Source: a virus
Lineage: Duplodnaviria > Caudoviricetes
Virus record (IMG/VR): IMGVR_UViG_3300036987_000129
Location: 1 to 47,427 of that record
Length of the DNA stretch: 47,427 bases
Reading direction: 5' to 3' (one strand)
In this document: positions 6,481 through 15,799 of the stretch, piece after piece
Numbering within the stretch: the stretch's first letter is position 1
Layout: each line of letters opens with the position of its first letter
Program-made: the position numbers and the translations under genes
Notes under the pieces: generated by a model
Database searches by the model: none
What the model saw: only the letters and a program-made list of their open reading frames with translations
Told to the model about the DNA's origin: nothing

Positions 6481-7678
6481 GGTCTTAAAGAGAATCTTCT
6501 CTGAGGGAGTAGAGTCTGCTTCTAAGCAGGAGTTAGAGGCTCTTAGTAAGTTGTCTGATACTCAGCTTAAGAAGATAGGAAGTAGAAGGCTCTTTAGAAA
6601 GGATAGTGCTGCTGAGGACCTCTTTAAGAGGGGCTTTTCTGAAGAAATAGCAAAGACAAGGCCCCTAGCCTCTGAGATAGATGAGTTTAACTTAGTAAAG
6701 ATAAAGGGAGGATCTGAGGAGGCTAGAGATGCTATACGTAGGGGCTTGACTAAAGAGGAGGAGAAAGAGTTACTATCTAAGAGGCTATTCCCCCCAAGAG
6801 AAGATGAGCTAGGGTATGAGTTAAACCACTTATACGACCCGGGAGGTATTTATTGGGGAGCAGGGAAGGGAGGCCCAGAGTCACTAAGGCCTGGCTACGT
6901 ACCGGCATACCATTATAATACTTCGCAGGGTAAGGAGCCGTTGACCATAGAGGGAATAATGAGGCCGGGGGCAGAAGTTAAATTTCCTACATACACAGAG
7001 CCTGCTAACCCAGATTTTCTAGATGCTAGTAGTTATGCTGGAGTCCAGCTTATTCAACAAAAGAGGGGTAATGTCTTAGCCCGCCTAGGAGATAAGTATA
7101 AGATATTAGGAACTGCTTTAGGACTTGGAAGTCAACTGTCTGGGCCGGATCAGGCTGAAGCAGGCATCTTTCAGGATATAGTAAAGAGGGGTATAGGCGC
7201 TGTGAAGAAGGCGAGTAAGAGATCTGGAGAGCAGGAAGTGTCAAGTGCTGCCAAGGCCCTAACAGGGACTGAGGCCTTTGGCAAGACTATTAAGACTGTA
7301 AAGTCAGGCCCGGGGGATTGGAGATATCTAGTCTACGAGGATGGGACGGAGCAGGCCGTCAAGAAGGACTTTATTCACCATCTTTCTAGGGAGTCAGGAA
7401 CTAAGCAGTATATGGAGATGTTCGATGCTAAGGAGGGAGAGGCCCAGTTAACTCAGGCCTTGAAGTCATTAGAGCACCATAGGTCCTACCAGAAGCCGTT
7501 TACTACAAAGGCTATGAAGGATGACTGGGCTAGGCTTCATAATGCTAAGATGCAAGAAGCTGGATTAGAGCCTGAGAAGTGGACGTATATACATGCGCCG
7601 TATGAGGGTTATATCCCTTCTAAGTATGTGAAGACTTTACTGGATGCTGGAGCTATTAAGATTAAAGGAAAGAAATAA
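6464..7678 (+). CDS. Hypothetical two-module protein, possibly an internal virion protein
   Basis: 404-aa ORF coupled to both neighbours; no firm motif. Confidence 0.6.
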   Translation: MPALAKVLKRIFSEGVESASKQELEALSKLSDTQLKKIGSRRLFRKDSAAEDLFKRGFSEEIAKTRPLASEIDEFNLVKIKGGSEEARDAIRRGLTKEEEKELLSKRLFPPREDELGYELNHLYDPGGIYWGAGKGGPESLRPGYVPAYHYNTSQGKEPLTIEGIMRPGAEVKFPTYTEPANPDFLDASSYAGVQLIQQKRGNVLARLGDKYKILGTALGLGSQLSGPDQAEAGIFQDIVKRGIGAVKKASKRSGEQEVSSAAKALTGTEAFGKTIKTVKSGPGDWRYLVYEDGTEQAVKKDFIHHLSRESGTKQYMEMFDAKEGEAQLTQALKSLEHHRSYQKPFTTKAMKDDWARLHNAKMQEAGLEPEKWTYIHAPYEGYIPSKYVKTLLDAGAIKIKGKK

Positions 7679-9465
7679 TGGGTAGGCCTAAGACCTCAGA
7701 TATTCATAGTGACTTTATAGGAGATTGGACTGCCCTGATAAAGTCTGGATTAGAGTACAGGAAGAAGTATTCTACTAGTAAGAACTGGGACTCCTGGCGG
7801 AAGATGTACCGGGGGCAGTATAAAGAGGGTATCCTTCCGGTGAATAAGATCTTCTCCTACGGCCGGATGCTCGTCCCTAAAGTTTACTTTCAGAACCCCA
7901 AGGTGTGTGTGACTGCAACTAGGCCTGACTTAATATGGCATGCCAGGATAGTAGAAGCCTTGGACAACACGCTTATTAGAGAGCTTAAGTTAAAGAAGAC
8001 CTTGAAGAAGGCTGTGACAGATGCCTATACTTGTGGAATAGGCCCTATTAAGTTGGGGTATGATTCTGAGTATGGTTATCTGCCACAGCAGTCTGTAGCG
8101 GATGATGGATCTACGGCCACCCAGATAGGGAGGAAGAAAGGGGATCGGGTCGAGTATAAAGAGTATATCCGTCCCGGTATGCCTTGGGCGGCCCGGGTAA
8201 TGCCTGAGCATATTATCGTGCCGTGGGGGTCGCAGGACCCGGATGACCTCCCATGGATAGCACACTATATTGCTAGACCTTTAGATGATGTAAAGCAAGA
8301 TCAAAAGTATAGGAATACCAAGGAGCTTAACGGTACTAAGATCCCTAATAAGGATATGCAGAAGAAGGGAACTCCTAAGAGTACTTCTCCCTTTGATAAG
8401 GAGTTAACTTACTGCGAGCTTTATGAGGTTAGGGATTTTAAAACTGGAAAGATCTTCACTATCTGTGAGGATCAACTACTACTCATCGAGGATGATGTTT
8501 TACAGACCTTCGGTACGTTACCTTGGGAGTTTTTAATCTTTAATGAAGATCCGGAGTATTTCTGGCCCATTCCGGATGTGGTTAACTTAATCTCCCAGCA
8601 GGGAGAGTTGAATGAGACTAGGACCCAGGCTGCTATGCATAGGAAGATAGCATTGATTAAGTTCCTGTATAAAGAGAATGCCATAGCGCCTGCTGAGCTG
8701 GAGAAGTTCTTGTCGGGGGTGGTGGGTCCTGCCGTTGGCATTAGGGGAGACGATCCTTTAGTGAATTGTATTATGGAAATGACGCCTCATATACCCCCTG
8801 AGCTTTACAGAGAGGAGGCTCAAATCTTGATGAGTATGCAGGAGAGTCTTGGCTTTAGTCCTAACCAGTTAGGGCAGTTCTCGCCGAGGCATAATACTTC
8901 GGCTAGGGAGGCAGGTATCGTAGAGTCGGGGTTTGAAGAGAGGATTGACGAAAGGAAGGATATAGTCGGGGATCTTCTTACTAATATAGTTAGGAAGTGG
9001 AATCAATACATCTTTAGTTTCTGGACTAAGGAGAAGGTTATAAAGATAGTAAGCCCGTCGGGAGAGCCTTGGTGGGTAGAGTATACTGGAGAGCAGTTAA
9101 GGGGAGAGTATCTTCTGAATGTGGATCCAGAGTCTGGAGTTCCTGTAAATAGAGTTATGAAGTACCAGATGGCTAAGGAGGCCTTTGGTCTGTTCAACGG
9201 AGATCCGATGATAGACCAGATGAAGCTTAGACAGACCTTATTAGGCCTCTATGGTACGGTGGATCCTCAGTTTGAGACCTTGTTGGCAGATCCTAGGCTT
9301 GCTATGCCAGAGGTTGCTGGGCCACAGGAGGCAGGTATGATGAGGCAGCCTAGTCCTATGCTCCTTACAGGGGGAGGAGGTGGGGGTGCAGGGCGGATAT
9401 CGCCAAATCAGGGAAAGACCCCAGGGAATCCTATTAACTTGGCACAATTAAAAGGAGGTAAGTAA
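7678..9465 (+). CDS. Portal protein
   Basis: 595 aa, between TerL and scaffold; TSAREA motif typical of P22-like portals. Confidence 0.8.
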   Translation: MGRPKTSDIHSDFIGDWTALIKSGLEYRKKYSTSKNWDSWRKMYRGQYKEGILPVNKIFSYGRMLVPKVYFQNPKVCVTATRPDLIWHARIVEALDNTLIRELKLKKTLKKAVTDAYTCGIGPIKLGYDSEYGYLPQQSVADDGSTATQIGRKKGDRVEYKEYIRPGMPWAARVMPEHIIVPWGSQDPDDLPWIAHYIARPLDDVKQDQKYRNTKELNGTKIPNKDMQKKGTPKSTSPFDKELTYCELYEVRDFKTGKIFTICEDQLLLIEDDVLQTFGTLPWEFLIFNEDPEYFWPIPDVVNLISQQGELNETRTQAAMHRKIALIKFLYKENAIAPAELEKFLSGVVGPAVGIRGDDPLVNCIMEMTPHIPPELYREEAQILMSMQESLGFSPNQLGQFSPRHNTSAREAGIVESGFEERIDERKDIVGDLLTNIVRKWNQYIFSFWTKEKVIKIVSPSGEPWWVEYTGEQLRGEYLLNVDPESGVPVNRVMKYQMAKEAFGLFNGDPMIDQMKLRQTLLGLYGTVDPQFETLLADPRLAMPEVAGPQEAGMMRQPSPMLLTGGGGGGAGRISPNQGKTPGNPINLAQLKGGK

Positions 9466-9466
9466 A

Positions 9467-9721
9467 GTGCCTCTTTATGACTATATCTGCCTAGAGTGTA
9501 ATAGGGAGTTTGAAGCTAGTCAGAAGGTAGAGGATAGAGAGAAGGCTATGTGTGACTGTGGCTCCCTTAACACAAAGCTTTTGATTACTTGTAATAAGAG
9601 GGATTGGTTTCGCCCACATTGGAATGAACAGTTAGATATTACTCCTGTGTACGTAGAGAGTAAGGAGCACTATAGGAAAGAGTGTGAGAAAAGGGGGTTG
9701 ATGGCGAGATGCTTACTTTGA
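9467..9721 (+). CDS. FmdB-family zinc-ribbon protein
   Basis: MPLYDYICLECNREFE...CDCGS; GGAGG RBS. Confidence 0.8.
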   Translation: MPLYDYICLECNREFEASQKVEDREKAMCDCGSLNTKLLITCNKRDWFRPHWNEQLDITPVYVESKEHYRKECEKRGLMARCLL

Positions 9722-9963
9722 CTGAAATGCTTACTTTAGAAGTGCCTTTAACTAATCCCAGGTATTTAAGTCCTGGTTTGGCCGTGGGGGAGGATCCTTC
9801 AGGTCAGTTGGTGTGCTTCATAAGAACTCCTGGAGATCCTACGAAGAGGATTCTAGAGTTACTAAAAAGAGTTGTTACTCTGTGTGAGTTGGAGTTCTTA
9901 GAAGATCCCTTTTTTTATAATGAAAGGTGGTGCTGTAAATTAAAGGAGAGGCAAGATGGCTAA
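9709..9963 (+). CDS. Hypothetical protein
   Basis: Fills the operon and overlaps neighbours. Confidence 0.55.
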   Translation: MLTLTEMLTLEVPLTNPRYLSPGLAVGEDPSGQLVCFIRTPGDPTKRILELLKRVVTLCELEFLEDPFFYNERWCCKLKERQDG

Positions 9964-10138
9964 TAAGATAGTAAGGAGTGTATCAATTTCCTTCTATGAG
10001 AATGGAGACCATGAGATCAAGATGAGTGGGCATTGGCTTAGGCAGCATCTTGACTCAATCCCTGTTCTTATGAGGCGGCAGGTAGCCGAGAGTCTGGCGA
10101 AACAAAGAGTAGTTACTAAGGAGGAGAAAGATGGCTGA
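9956..10138 (+). CDS. Hypothetical protein
   Basis: AGGAG RBS; overlaps neighbours. Confidence 0.6.
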   Translation: MANKIVRSVSISFYENGDHEIKMSGHWLRQHLDSIPVLMRRQVAESLAKQRVVTKEEKDG

Positions 10139-10817
10139 TGAACCCGTAGTGGAGACAGGCGAGGTCCAAGACGACGTATCTACGGATAAGGTAGAGTTAG
10201 AGCCAGAGCAGTACGCTGCTCTCTTGGACAGGATTGAGGAACTAGAACAGAAGAGTAATAAGGTAGTTCCTCTTGATGAGTTAGTGGATGAGGCGAGAGA
10301 TGTAAGACCTGCGCCGGTTAAGCCAGTGCAGGTAAGTGAGGAGGACTTGGATAGCATGAGTAATAAGCAGCTTGTTGACTTTATCTTTAAACAGGCTGAT
10401 GCGGCTCTAATACCCATGTTCCAGCAGTTAGACGCAAAGATTGAGACAGTTAGGGTCCTGAGGGAGATTGATACCATAGAGAAGGATCCTGAGTGTCAGG
10501 TAGAGGTAGTGGATGAGAAAACAGGCGAAGTTAAGAAAAGGCCGGACTTTATGGATTATAAGGATGAGATCTATCAGATCGCTAGCAAGAATCCTAACCT
10601 GTCCTTAAAGGAGGCCTATAATTTGGCGAAGCATGGAAGTAAGAACAAACCTAAAGGAGATAAGGCCCGTACTTTACGGGCTTTGCCACCCCGTCCAGTG
10701 CTCGGCGAAAGACCAGGCTCACCCTCTTCTGTAGTCAAGGAACCTAATCCTAAGACTGTGAAGAGTGCTGCTGAGCGAGCCTGGGAAGATACTGTGGGGA
10801 ATAAAAAAGAGATCTAA
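10131..10817 (+). CDS. Putative scaffolding protein
   Basis: Acidic, helical, immediately upstream of the capsid gene; LKEAYNLAK and C-terminal SAAERAW helix. Confidence 0.7.
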   Translation: MADEPVVETGEVQDDVSTDKVELEPEQYAALLDRIEELEQKSNKVVPLDELVDEARDVRPAPVKPVQVSEEDLDSMSNKQLVDFIFKQADAALIPMFQQLDAKIETVRVLREIDTIEKDPECQVEVVDEKTGEVKKRPDFMDYKDEIYQIASKNPNLSLKEAYNLAKHGSKNKPKGDKARTLRALPPRPVLGERPGSPSSVVKEPNPKTVKSAAERAWEDTVGNKKEI

Positions 10818-10829
10818 GGAGGAGGGGTT

Positions 10830-11798
10830 ATGGCTGCACCCTCTTGGACACAGACTATTGATACTCTCTATACAAGTACTTGGGAGTATCGTAAGAAAGA
10901 AGCAATTGAACAGGCCTATCTGAAGACACCGTTTATCTTCTGGCTGAGACAGAAAGGGCATGTTGAGAATATCTCTGGGTATAAGCGGATTGAGGTTCCT
11001 GTGGAGTATGGGAGCAACGAAACGGTCCGTTGGATTACCAAGGGCCAGACTGTGCCTATTCAGGACTCTGAGCTTATCACCATGGCTTATGAGGACTGGA
11101 AGTACGTAGCGGTTTCTATTGTCCGGTGGTTTGAGGATGAGCAAAAGAACCGTGGTAAGGCACAGATGATTAACATGGTGGAGCGGAATGTTAATGCTGC
11201 AGAGCGGACTCTCTGGGAAGAGATGGAGAGAGTTATGTTTGCCGATGGCTCAGGGTTGAATGAGCCTAATGGCCTGCAGAATATTATTTCTGCTACTCCT
11301 ACCCTAGGTACTCTACATGGGTTGAGTCGGGTAACTTACGACTGGTGGAGGAATCAGCAGAAGACCTCCACTGGTGCGGCGGCCGTATATCTAGTGTCGG
11401 ATATGCGGACCGTGTTGAATAATATCATCAAGTACTCTCGGGCAGAGCTTGCGGACATCGTCCTGGTGACTACTCAGACGGTCTTCGAGCTGTATGAGGA
11501 TGTCTGCCTCGAGATGAAGATCCTCCAGAATACCATGATGGCTGATGCTGGGTTCGACTCCATAGTCTTTAAAGGTAAGACTATGCTTTGGTGTCCCTCG
11601 GCGCCTTCGGGGAATATGTACTTTATTAATCCGAAGTATGTGAAGCTTATCACGGATGAGAGCTTCTTCATGGAGATGACCGATTGGAAGCAGATTCCTG
11701 ACCAACCCTTTGATAAGGTGGCGCAGATCATCTGCACTATGAATATGATTAACCAGCGGCCTATTGCCAATTCTGTATTGACTGGTATTGCTGCTTAA
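10830..11798 (+). CDS. Major capsid protein
   Basis: 322 aa; strong GGAGGAGG RBS; FADGSG..EPNGLQNII and GFDSIVFKG...MYFINP motifs. Confidence 0.85.
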   Translation: MAAPSWTQTIDTLYTSTWEYRKKEAIEQAYLKTPFIFWLRQKGHVENISGYKRIEVPVEYGSNETVRWITKGQTVPIQDSELITMAYEDWKYVAVSIVRWFEDEQKNRGKAQMINMVERNVNAAERTLWEEMERVMFADGSGLNEPNGLQNIISATPTLGTLHGLSRVTYDWWRNQQKTSTGAAAVYLVSDMRTVLNNIIKYSRAELADIVLVTTQTVFELYEDVCLEMKILQNTMMADAGFDSIVFKGKTMLWCPSAPSGNMYFINPKYVKLITDESFFMEMTDWKQIPDQPFDKVAQIICTMNMINQRPIANSVLTGIAA

Positions 11799-11852
11799 CC
11801 TTCGGGTCTTTGAGTAGGCTCGAAGAACTCCGATAACCAAAAGGAGAGGGGA

Positions 11853-12599
11853 ATGAGTGAAAGGCACTTTACGGATATGACTCCGAAGTTGTATCTCCAG
11901 GCTCTATTTGCTGAGTCGGCCACCCAGAAGCAGAAACTTGGGACTCTGAGGACTTTGTCTGATGGGCGGGAGTTTATTTACTGTAAGAGTGGAGCGGCTA
12001 ACTTGGCTGCGGGCCGCTTGGTCCAGGCAAAGGTCACGGACGTTGCGAATCATGGTAACTTGGCCTGTGCCAATGCTAACCTTGGAGAGACTTCGGTTAC
12101 CGTAACACTAGGGAATCTTCTGGCTACGGCTAATATGTATGCCGAGGGTACTCTGCACGTTAATGCTGGTCTTGGTGCTGGGTCTATGTATAAGATTAAG
12201 AGCCACCCGGCGGCTAATGCTAACGCTACTTTGGCCGTAGAGTTGTATGATGCTCTTCTGTCTAATCTGGCGTCTGCTAATAGCAAGGCCTCTCTTGTCT
12301 ATAATCCGTGTGATGGGGTAATTATCCACCCGTCACCTCCTACTACTAGGTTAGTGGGTAATCCGTTGTTTACGGTTACGGCTAACTACTACTTCTGGGC
12401 ACAGAAGAGAGGGCCGTCTCCCGTGGACACGGACGGTACCTTGGTTGTAGGACAAACCTGTTTCCCCTCTACTGGAGAGGATGGAACAGTTCAGCCCAGC
12501 TCGGGTAACGCTATTGACATGATTAAACTTCCTATCGTCGGGGAGGTTATGAATGTTAATGCTAACGATGCCTGGAGTCTGATTAACCTAAAACTGTAG
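11853..12599 (+). CDS. Capsid decoration/cement-like protein, Ala-Asn rich
   Basis: Follows the capsid gene; LGTLR..DGREFIYCK and YYFWAQKRG motifs resemble phage cement proteins. Confidence 0.6.
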   Translation: MSERHFTDMTPKLYLQALFAESATQKQKLGTLRTLSDGREFIYCKSGAANLAAGRLVQAKVTDVANHGNLACANANLGETSVTVTLGNLLATANMYAEGTLHVNAGLGAGSMYKIKSHPAANANATLAVELYDALLSNLASANSKASLVYNPCDGVIIHPSPPTTRLVGNPLFTVTANYYFWAQKRGPSPVDTDGTLVVGQTCFPSTGEDGTVQPSSGNAIDMIKLPIVGEVMNVNANDAWSLINLKL

Positions 12600-12607
12600 T
12601 TCTAATC

Positions 12608-12637
12608 CTGGGGGTAGGCCCGTAAGCTTACCCCCAG
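12608..12637 (+). terminator. Intergenic hairpin after the head genes (attenuator or mRNA stabiliser)
   Basis: CTGGGGGTAGGC/GCTTACCCCCAG stem; no U-tract. Confidence 0.5.
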
Positions 12638-12658
12638 CGCCTTCCCTAGGAGGATGAA

Positions 12659-12874
12659 ATGACTGCAACTGCTTGGGGCAAGATTATCGAGAAGGCCTTC
12701 GTAGGTAACCAGAGAATAAGAGGGGGTAAGCCTAGGATCCATACCTGTGATGGAGTGGCTAACTCTACTCTAATTCCCATGTCTAAGGTAGGGGCCCTGG
12801 CCTGGGATTACACTAACTCGAATGCTTATATCTGTACCGTGGCTAACACCACCTGGGTAAAGATTAATGCCTAA
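12659..12874 (+). CDS. Small virion-like protein (tropism-determinant N-terminal-like beta domain)
   Basis: GALAWDYTNSNAYICTVANTTWVKI; GGAGG RBS. Confidence 0.6.
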   Translation: MTATAWGKIIEKAFVGNQRIRGGKPRIHTCDGVANSTLIPMSKVGALAWDYTNSNAYICTVANTTWVKINA

Positions 12875-13166
12875 TGACTACTTCCGGGAGTCTAGTGAGG
12901 CTGATTACTTTATTAGGGATTGGTTAAAGAGCCTTGTCCAAAACAGGGTTAATTATGCCAGTGGGTGGCAGTATGATCCGAATGACCCTAATTATAATTA
13001 TACTCTTGCTTATGCTACTGGAGTTAGTCCTAAGGCTTTACAAGAGGGGCATTGGCCTACAATGACTCCTAAGGGGAATTGGTTAAAGGAGTCTACGCAT
13101 CCTACTAGGTGGCGAGAGTATGAACTTCAACTTTTGAATGCCCTTAGAGGGGCTGGAGGGAGATAA
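12867..13166 (+). CDS. Hypothetical phage protein
   Basis: GHWP...LK..THPT.W motif; coupled ORF. Confidence 0.6.
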   Translation: MPNDYFRESSEADYFIRDWLKSLVQNRVNYASGWQYDPNDPNYNYTLAYATGVSPKALQEGHWPTMTPKGNWLKESTHPTRWREYELQLLNALRGAGGR

Positions 13167-13167
13167 G

Positions 13168-13869
13168 ATGTGGCAGAAGGCGATTAAGAAGGTGGTTTAC
13201 ACCTTGAACATTGACAACTTTGCTCCAGAGGTTACGGCGATTACGTACCCTCTGATTCACCAGTATGTTAAAAAGATAGGTGCAGAGTTCTGTATTATAA
13301 CGGAGAGGAAGTTCCCCGAATGGCCTGTGACCTATGAGAAATTCCAGATCTATGAGCTGGCTAAGTTACACGAGGCTGACTGGAATATCTACATAGACTC
13401 GGATGCTTTAATCCATCCGGACTGTCCTGACTTCACGGAGATCCTACCTAAGGATACTGTGTCCCACCATGGTATGGATTTTGCTCCAGTTAGGTGGCGA
13501 TATGATAGGTTCTTTCAGAGGGATGGAAGGCACATAGGCTCGGGGAATTGGTTCACCCTCGGGTCGGATCAGTGTATTGAGCTTTGGAAGCCTCTGGATG
13601 ACCTTACTATGGAGGAGGCTGTTAGTAATATTCAGCCTACTTTGAATGAGCTTAACTCGGGGGTTATAGACCCGGAGCACTTAATAGATGACTATACTTG
13701 CTCTAGGAACATAGCTAAGTATGGATTGAAGTTTATCCCTATTAGGAAGTTGATGGAGCAGTATGGGTATCAAGGAGGGGGGCCCTTCTTTCATCACCAG
13801 TATCTGATCCCACCTGAGGCTAAGGTGATGGAGCTTCAGAAGGTTATGAAGCAGTGGGGGGCAAAATGA
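13168..13869 (+). CDS. GT-A fold glycosyltransferase
   Basis: YEKFQIYEL...IYIDSDALI (DxD) pattern of GT8/GT34-like enzymes; GGAGGGAG RBS before ATG 13168. Confidence 0.72.
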   Translation: MWQKAIKKVVYTLNIDNFAPEVTAITYPLIHQYVKKIGAEFCIITERKFPEWPVTYEKFQIYELAKLHEADWNIYIDSDALIHPDCPDFTEILPKDTVSHHGMDFAPVRWRYDRFFQRDGRHIGSGNWFTLGSDQCIELWKPLDDLTMEEAVSNIQPTLNELNSGVIDPEHLIDDYTCSRNIAKYGLKFIPIRKLMEQYGYQGGGPFFHHQYLIPPEAKVMELQKVMKQWGAK

Positions 13870-14744
13870 GACCTCTTATAGACATGGATACTATTCAGAT
13901 AGAAGTGACTAATGCCTGTGTGAATAGTTGTTCTAACTGTACTAGGTTCTGTGGCCATCAGCCTCCCTACTTCATGGATATAGAGATTTTTAAGAAGGCT
14001 GTGGACTCCATGGTGGGTTATCCTAAGATGACAGGGGTTATGGGAGGCGAGCCTCTTCTCCATCCTAAGTTTCCAGAGTTCTGTAGGTATATCAAGGCTA
14101 AGATACCTAAAGAGCAATTAGGCCTTTGGACCTGCCTCCCTAAGGGGTATCAACACTACTCTGACATAATCTGTGAGACGTTCGGCCATATCTTTATAAA
14201 TGACCACACTAGGGAGGATATTTTCCATGCTCCGATCTTAATAGGTTCGGAGGAAGTCTTTTCAGATCCAAGGGAGATGTTCTACGCTACGGAGCACTGT
14301 TGGGTCCAGGAGGCCTGGTCAGCTTCTATTAACCCTAAGGGGGCCTTCTTTTGTGAGATAGCAGCTAGTCTTAGTCACCTTCTAGATGGGCCTAGAGGGT
14401 GGAAGGTAGAGCCTGGTTGGTGGATGAGAGTGACGAAGGACTTTAAAGAGCAGAGGGAAGAGTGGTGCCCAAAGTGTGGGGCAGCTCTGCCATTTCTACG
14501 GAGGAAGAGTACTGAGGGAATTGATGATATATCTCCTAAGAACCTGGCGAGGCTTAAGGGGAGGTCTAAGAAGGTGGAGAGGGGGGAGTTCCTCCTCAGT
14601 GACCTAAAGTTAGTCTCTTGCCCACAGGAGATGGCTGCTTATAAAGATATTAGTTATAGGCAGAGGATAGCAAATAGGTATGGGATTTATCTCTATCATA
14701 ACGAACAGAACTTTTTAACACCAATTAGGTTGAAGAGGAGTTAA
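13866..14744 (+). CDS. Radical SAM protein
   Basis: CVNSCSNC (CxxxCxxC), MGGEPLLHP, extra C-terminal Cys residues; ATGA-coupled to the glycosyltransferase. Confidence 0.88.
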   Translation: MRPLIDMDTIQIEVTNACVNSCSNCTRFCGHQPPYFMDIEIFKKAVDSMVGYPKMTGVMGGEPLLHPKFPEFCRYIKAKIPKEQLGLWTCLPKGYQHYSDIICETFGHIFINDHTREDIFHAPILIGSEEVFSDPREMFYATEHCWVQEAWSASINPKGAFFCEIAASLSHLLDGPRGWKVEPGWWMRVTKDFKEQREEWCPKCGAALPFLRRKSTEGIDDISPKNLARLKGRSKKVERGEFLLSDLKLVSCPQEMAAYKDISYRQRIANRYGIYLYHNEQNFLTPIRLKRS

Positions 14745-14746
14745 AG

Positions 14747-14917
14747 ATGGCCCTTGATAAAACTCCAGGTAAGAAGGCCTTTGCGAGTAATGTGGCGGAG
14801 TTAATTAGGTCGTATAAGGCAAAGGGAACTATAGGTAAGAGCACACCAAGTTCTAAAGCAGAGGCTAGGAAGAAGGCCTTGGCTATTGCCTTTGATATTA
14901 AGGGGAGTAAAGAATAA
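14747..14917 (+). CDS. Small basic phage protein (DUF6496-like), 56 aa
   Basis: Hand translation ...NVAELIRSYKAKGTIG...ARKKALAIAFD; GAGGAG RBS. Confidence 0.65.
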   Translation: MALDKTPGKKAFASNVAELIRSYKAKGTIGKSTPSSKAEARKKALAIAFDIKGSKE

Positions 14918-14926
14918 GGAGGATTT

Positions 14927-15271
14927 ATGGCAAGCGAGAAAGTTCCAAATGTAGGTGGCGAGCTAATTCAATTTAAGATTGTTGAAAAAGCCTATGAAGT
15001 CAAAGTGCCTACCTTTGTGGAGGTTAGAGTAGAAGTACCTAAGTATGAGGAGGTACTCTACGAGAAGCCAGTTATTAAGGAAGTTGAGTATGAGAAGCCT
15101 GTAGTTAAGATAAAGGACTTAACTAAGGATATGCAGGAAGTGATTCGCTTTGAGATTCAAAGGGCAGTGGCTGAAGTAATAGCCAGTTTAAAGGTCTCTT
15201 TGGAGATTCCTCTTACCAGAATCTTACAGGTAAGACAGGGTAGTAGAATAGCAGAGGATGTGACTAAGTAA
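14927..15271 (+). CDS. Hypothetical protein with V/E/K/P-rich repeats
   Basis: YEVKVP, VEVPKYEE, YEKPV x2. Confidence 0.7.
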   Translation: MASEKVPNVGGELIQFKIVEKAYEVKVPTFVEVRVEVPKYEEVLYEKPVIKEVEYEKPVVKIKDLTKDMQEVIRFEIQRAVAEVIASLKVSLEIPLTRILQVRQGSRIAEDVTK

Positions 15272-15798
15272 TGGCCTTAACTGTTAAACAGCGCAGGATG
15301 GCACGGGGGATTTGGGCTTCTGAGATGGAGTATGCCACTGCTTTGGCTTTCATTGCAGACCCAGACTCCCCGCCCGAGGCGGTAGCTAAATTGCAAACCG
15401 TAATTGCCGATCAGAAGGTAGTGATGGAGGGGTTTGCTGCAAAAGGAGGGTTTTCTCTTGCCGATGTTGAAGCGTGGGCCTTGCGTCAGACTGTGATGAA
15501 CGAAATCAGACAGTTGAAGGCTGAGGTCATTGCGGAGAAAGAAGTGGTCATTCAGGCCAAGGAAGATTTTCTGCGGGCCTATGGAGTCGCCAATCCTGAC
15601 GACCTGACCAACGATCAAGTGAAGTGGGGTATCGCCAGGACGTTCAAGGGAATGGAGATGCCGGCGGAACTGGAAGATTTACTTTTGAACTGGACGGCGC
15701 AGAAGAAAGACCTGAGAAGAGATATTGCTAAACTGCAAGCATTACGGGATATAGCGGCTGAGTTGAAATTACGGCTGACTCCCAGGTGGGAGGCATAG
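15271..15798 (+). CDS. Hypothetical helical protein
   Basis: Coupled ORF upstream of the large fibre gene. Confidence 0.65.
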   Translation: MALTVKQRRMARGIWASEMEYATALAFIADPDSPPEAVAKLQTVIADQKVVMEGFAAKGGFSLADVEAWALRQTVMNEIRQLKAEVIAEKEVVIQAKEDFLRAYGVANPDDLTNDQVKWGIARTFKGMEMPAELEDLLLNWTAQKKDLRRDIAKLQALRDIAAELKLRLTPRWEA

Positions 15799-15799
15799 C

